Part shown: in pieces, positions 59,064-64,000 of the stretch | Layout of the letters: every line of letters begins with the position of its first letter | Numbering within the stretch: position 1 is the stretch's first letter | Origin: Octopus vulgaris | Taxonomy: Eukaryota | Direction: 5' to 3' | DNA: 64,000 nucleotides | NCBI GenBank assembly: GCA_951406725.2 | Contig: OX597836.1 | Span: forward strand, 18,290,001-18,354,000 | Translations under genes and position numbers: made by a program | Notes under the pieces: generated by a model | Database searches by the model: none | What the model was told of the DNA's origin: nothing | Seen by the model: the letters and a program-made list of their open reading frames with translations, nothing else

Positions 59064-59159
59064 GATAGATATATAGAGAGAGAGATACAGGTAGATAGAT
59101 ATTGATTGATTGATTGACACAGACATATGCACAGATCGCTATATATATATATGTGTGTG

Positions 59160-59217
<58 letters not shown>

Positions 59218-59289
59218 GAGATTGATTGATTAGTTGACAGACAGACAGACGCATAGATCACTATATATATATATATATATACAGAGAGA

Positions 59290-59321
<32 letters not shown>

Positions 59322-60220
59322 AATGAGTGATCTGATTGAGTCATTGATTGATTGGTTGATTGATTGATAGACAGAGAGATAGATAGACAGAGACAGAGAG
59401 AGATCCTCCACATAGACAGCAATATTATCTATGCATTTAACACTTTAGCTTCGCTCAGTTTTATATTACCTTTTCAAACATGAGTATGACAACCTGTGAA
59501 CGTATATGTGTGTGTTTGCGTATGTGTGTGCGCACGTGCATCTCTGTGTCCTTGTGTGCGTGTATGTGTATGTGTGTGTGCGCGCGCTCGTGAATAAACA
59601 CACAGACGCTGTCAACTGACTTACACAGACGTACGTGCAATTTACATTAGATAAAGGTGTGGGTGATAATCTATGCTTGCGAATCTGTGTATTGGAATGA
59701 ATGCGACAGGAAGAGCGAAAGAAAGAAAGAGAGACAGAGACAGAGACAGAGACAGAGACAGAGACAGAGGAAAAGGAATGACAAAGGACAGAGAGAAGGA
59801 GATGGGGAGGGAGGGAGGGGGAAGGAGGTGGAAGGAGAGTGGTGGTGCTTTATATGATAAGAGGTCGTGTTATAATTAATACTGCAGTTTACAAGGTGGT
59901 GTGATAAAGTTTTGCGAAGTTACTGATTAAGACGGTTTATAGCGGTGTAAAAGAATATTTAACCATAAAGGAACCAAAGCAGAATTCGCTTGCTTCACCA
60001 AACCCATTATCTAAATCATTCTTTAGCATCTCCATCTACTTCAGCCTCTCTCCCTCTCCCATCTTCTATCTACTTCAGCCTCTCCCTCTCTCTCTCTCTC
60101 CCTCTACCGCTCTCTTCCTTTTCTCTAATATATACGTATGTGTATATAAATGTATTTTATATACGTATACACCTATACATAAGCAAACATACGCCAGCAA
60201 ACATACATGCATATATACAT

Positions 60221-60274
<54 letters not shown>

Positions 60275-60430
60275 GCATAAATATGTAGATTTATGTATAG
60301 ATGATGTACATATATACATATGTGTGTTTATTAATATATGCACGCGCATATATGTATATACATACATATATATATATATACATATATATATACATATATA
60401 TATATATACACATATATATATATGTATATG

Positions 60431-60485
<55 letters not shown>

Positions 60486-61688
60486 GTGTGTGTGTGTGCA
60501 TGTGTTCGCATAGTATACATACATGTACATACATACACACATACATACATTCATACATATACATACACACATACATAATTATATGCACATACACGCACAG
60601 GTATACATGCACACATAAAACCATAACTATTTTCACTTGGCGCATTCTAACCATTTATTACTTCAAATTAGAAAGAACGAATTAACAACAAGATGGCGGC
60701 TACGCTGTAGAATTAACGCCATTTTAAAATCGCTCTTGTTGATGTAACTTTTGCAAACCCACGAAATTACATTTTCGGGAAAATATATCTGTAAAGCCCT
60801 CAAGGAATATATCACACCTATTATATGTATATTTTGTTTATTTATTTATTTATTTATTTTTTATTTATTTTAGCAAATAATATTGTGAAATCTGAGGCTA
60901 ATATTGTGAAAGATTGTTCGATGTATTGCTTTCTTTAGTGTTTCTGTTTTATCCGAGTGTTGTATCCGAGTGGCTTTAACGATCTTAGCGTCTGTATGTC
61001 TCCTTTATAGTTTTTTTTTCTATTCACTCGGATCCACGACGAACAGTAAATCGATTCATTGCCAAAAGTCTATAGCAATTTTCCCCAAATCACATCTGTC
61101 CGTCTATAATGTATTTCTAAATAATATGCAGAATGGTCGCGATTGGATTGAAAATGAACATAGATTTACACAATCAGTTCTGTGATGGGGCTTAGTTATA
61201 ACATAAGCAACAACTTCTATACAGTAACCGCTAGAGACTTGTTCCCCAGTGGCTTTTCCAGGTCAGCGCATTGCTTCAATGAGCCAAACTGGAGAGCCCC
61301 TACCTAGGTTTTCAGCCTTGAAGAAGTAGCAGCTAAATATCTCGGAAAGGAAAATGCAGCATCTTTAAAATATATATTATACGTTGCTTAAAGTCAGTTT
61401 CTTGTTTCCGGTTCATTCTTTGATGTTTTCAGCCCACAAACATCTTTCATACTCTCTTGGTCTTTTCACCTCCACACTTTCTGGCAGAATTGTCTCGGCC
61501 AATGACTCGTGGCACATCGAATACCCCAAATATAATTTTATGGACGTGATTCTCGACAATAGGAGTCCTTTGACTTTCGACTGTTCTTCTACTGCTGCGT
61601 TTGTTACCCTGTCTTTACTACTTATCTTGCCCCAAATGCCCAAGGTCAACATCCTGTCCAAACCATTTCAGCTCATTCTTCTTTATCA

Positions 61689-62026
61689 GCGTGGTGAGAG
61701 GTTTGATTCCCTCACGAAGTGTTTCTGAGTTCAGTCTCACTGCGTGGTACCTTGGAGAGCTGTTTCCTACAATAGCCCATACCAACCAAAGCCTTGCAAG
61801 TAGAATTGGCAGACAGGAACTAAAAAACCCTTTATATGTATACATATACAGTATGTGTGTATGTGTGTTTGTGTGTGTGGGGGGGTGACTGTGTTTATCC
61901 TCCACTACCATTTAGCAACCGGTGTTCGTTAGTTTACCTCACCGTAACTTAGCAGCTCGGCAAAAGACACCGCTAGAATAAGACCAGGCTTTAAAATAAG
62001 TACTGCGGTCGATACATTCGACAAAA
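61689..62026 (+). mobile_element. SINE-A, diverged
   Basis: GAGTTCAGTCTCACTGCGTGGTACCTTGG...GGCAAAAGACACCGCTAGAATAAG. Confidence 0.75.
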
Positions 62027-62153
62027 GAACTGGGTTCGATTAGTTCAACAAAGGCTTCAGTTTAATAACTGAAAGAAGCAACTGCCTGTACTCCTAAAGT
62101 ACTTTGTCATTCCTCCATTAATTCACTTTTTTCTTTTACTTTTAAAAGTTATT

Positions 62154-62405
62154 CTACGAAAAAGACCATGGTAACCTCGGTCAACATTGTTATATGTTAC
62201 CACATTTGTTTGCAAGTGGGCTGCACACAGATAGAACAAATTACAAGGTAGAGCTTTTCTTTTGAAGGTTTAAAAAAAAAAAAAAAAAAAAAGGAAGGGG
62301 AATTTCGATCAAAAGGGATCGTAAAAGGAGAGAAAGAGGACAAAAAAAGGGGGGTTAAAAAAAAGGGGGAGAGGAAAAAAAAAAAATTGATCAATAGGGA
62401 TCGTT
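62154..62405 (-). mobile_element. LINE-like 3' UTR, copy 3 (rearranged)
   Basis: 62218-62405 is nearly identical to 58710-58897 and is preceded by a segment matching 58386-58429. Confidence 0.75.
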
Positions 62406-62714
62406 TTCAATTTCTGGGTTCATAGGACTATACTCAAGGTGGCTTCGTCATTAATACGAAATTCGAACCAAATACCAAAAGCACTTCATTGGACATTCCA
62501 AATGTCACGTGCTCTATTCCTCTTCCGTCTCTTCCTCGTCCTATCCCCTCCTCCGGATAATTAATTCATGTTTTATTTTCTTTGTTTGTTCTTTTCATTA
62601 TTTGGGTTTTTGCATATTTGTCTTTTTTTAGGTTTGTACATGTATTCCAATATGTATGTGTTTGTATGCGTACATATATGTATGTGCATGTATACATGTA
62701 TATATGTATGCATG

Positions 62715-62838
62715 TTTATGCGTGTGTGTGTCTATATATGCAAGTGTATATACGTGCATGTGACCGTGCATGTATATGTGTGTTTGTATGCATATGTGTG
62801 TATACATATATGTGGGTATCTGTGCATGTGAGTGCTTG

Positions 62839-62922
<84 letters not shown>

Positions 62923-63072
62923 TGTATGTATGTATGTTTGTGTGTATGTGTTTATGTGTGTGTGTCTATATATGCAAGTGTATATACGTGCATGTGACCG
63001 TGCATGTATATGTGTGTTTGTATGCATATGTGTGTATACATATATGTGGGTATCTGTGCATGTTAGTGCTTG

Positions 63073-63090
<18 letters not shown>
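62715..63090. repeat. ~236-bp-period tandem duplication of a degenerate microsatellite
   Basis: GCAAGTGTATATACGTGCATGTGACCGTGCATG...GGGTATCTGTGCATG occurs twice. Confidence 0.9.
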
Positions 63091-63132
<42 letters not shown>

Positions 63133-63282
63133 CACATGCATATACACGCAGATATGTATGTATGTATGTATGAATACGAGTGTGTATAAATTGTGCTTGT
63201 GTTTAAGAATGTTTATTTTTGTGTGCATGTTAGTCTACGTGTGTTACTACTCATACTACCACTACTACTGCTGCTGCTGCTG

Positions 63283-63317
<35 letters not shown>

Positions 63318-63739
63318 GCTACTACTATTCCAGTTAATGACTATTTTAACTTCCTCCTGGAGTTTCGCTATTAATATTTTAACAAGATTTTCTCTTCGTT
63401 TCGGATTCAATTATTTACATTTTCCTGTCGAAAGTTTTTTCTGATGAATGTTTCTAATGAATCTGAAGAACCCGATTCCATCCTTCATATTAGATACACC
63501 ACCGACATGCCATTCGACACACCGTTCATATCTCCCCCATCGTTCTTTGATTTTCGTGGTAGCATTCTTGTCGAGGTTTCCTTCTCCGCCACCTCGATAC
63601 GTTACTTCTCTATAACGACAACTAGAACAACGTGGTTGTCTTGTACTGACTGGAATATTTTATGCGTTTGGACATTTATGCGTGAATTCTTCATTGGGAT
63701 CACTTGTTATTGTAAAGATCATTATTATTACTATTTACT

Positions 63740-63959
63740 ATTTTACTATTTTACTTGTTTCAGTCATTTGACTGCGGCCATGCTGGAGCACCGCCTTTAA
63801 TCGAGCAACTCGACCCCGGGACTTATTATTTTGTAAGCCCAGTACTTATTCTATCGGTCTCTTTTGCCGAACCGCTAAGTAATGGGGACATAAACACATC
63901 AGCATCGGTTGTCAAGCAATGCAAGGGGGACAAACACAGACACACAAATACACACACAT

Positions 63960-63992
<33 letters not shown>

Positions 63993-64000
63993 CATATATA
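63740..64000 (-). mobile_element. SINE-A 3' half, runs off the window
   Basis: TACTTGTTTCAGTCATTTGACTGCGGCCATGCTGGAGCACCGCC... Confidence 0.9.

Overview
This window is AT-rich, extremely microsatellite-dense eukaryotic DNA, most likely intronic or intergenic. The repeat content matches an octopus (coleoid cephalopod) genome; that assignment is inferred from the SINE/microsatellite landscape, not proven. No intact host protein-coding gene is recognisable, and nearly all listed ORFs are artefacts of simple repeats. The non-microsatellite DNA is mostly mobile-element debris. It includes three abundant tRNA-like SINE families (working labels A, B and C) with head/tail-shuffled variants, several L1/Tx1-like LINE pieces, one CR1/L2-group LINE ORF2 fragment, mariner-derived MITEs, non-autonomous Helitrons and Penelope-like remnants. 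Three signals stand out: (1) about ten type I hammerhead-ribozyme-like motifs from different sequence families, some with long stem II insertions; (2) a young SINE-B subfamily whose 3' tail matches a LINE-like 3' end in the same window at 34/41 nt, suggesting a SINE/LINE pair with tail swapping; (3) insertion footprints that bear on mechanism (a 36-bp duplication, a dimeric SINE moved as one unit, a nested insertion).
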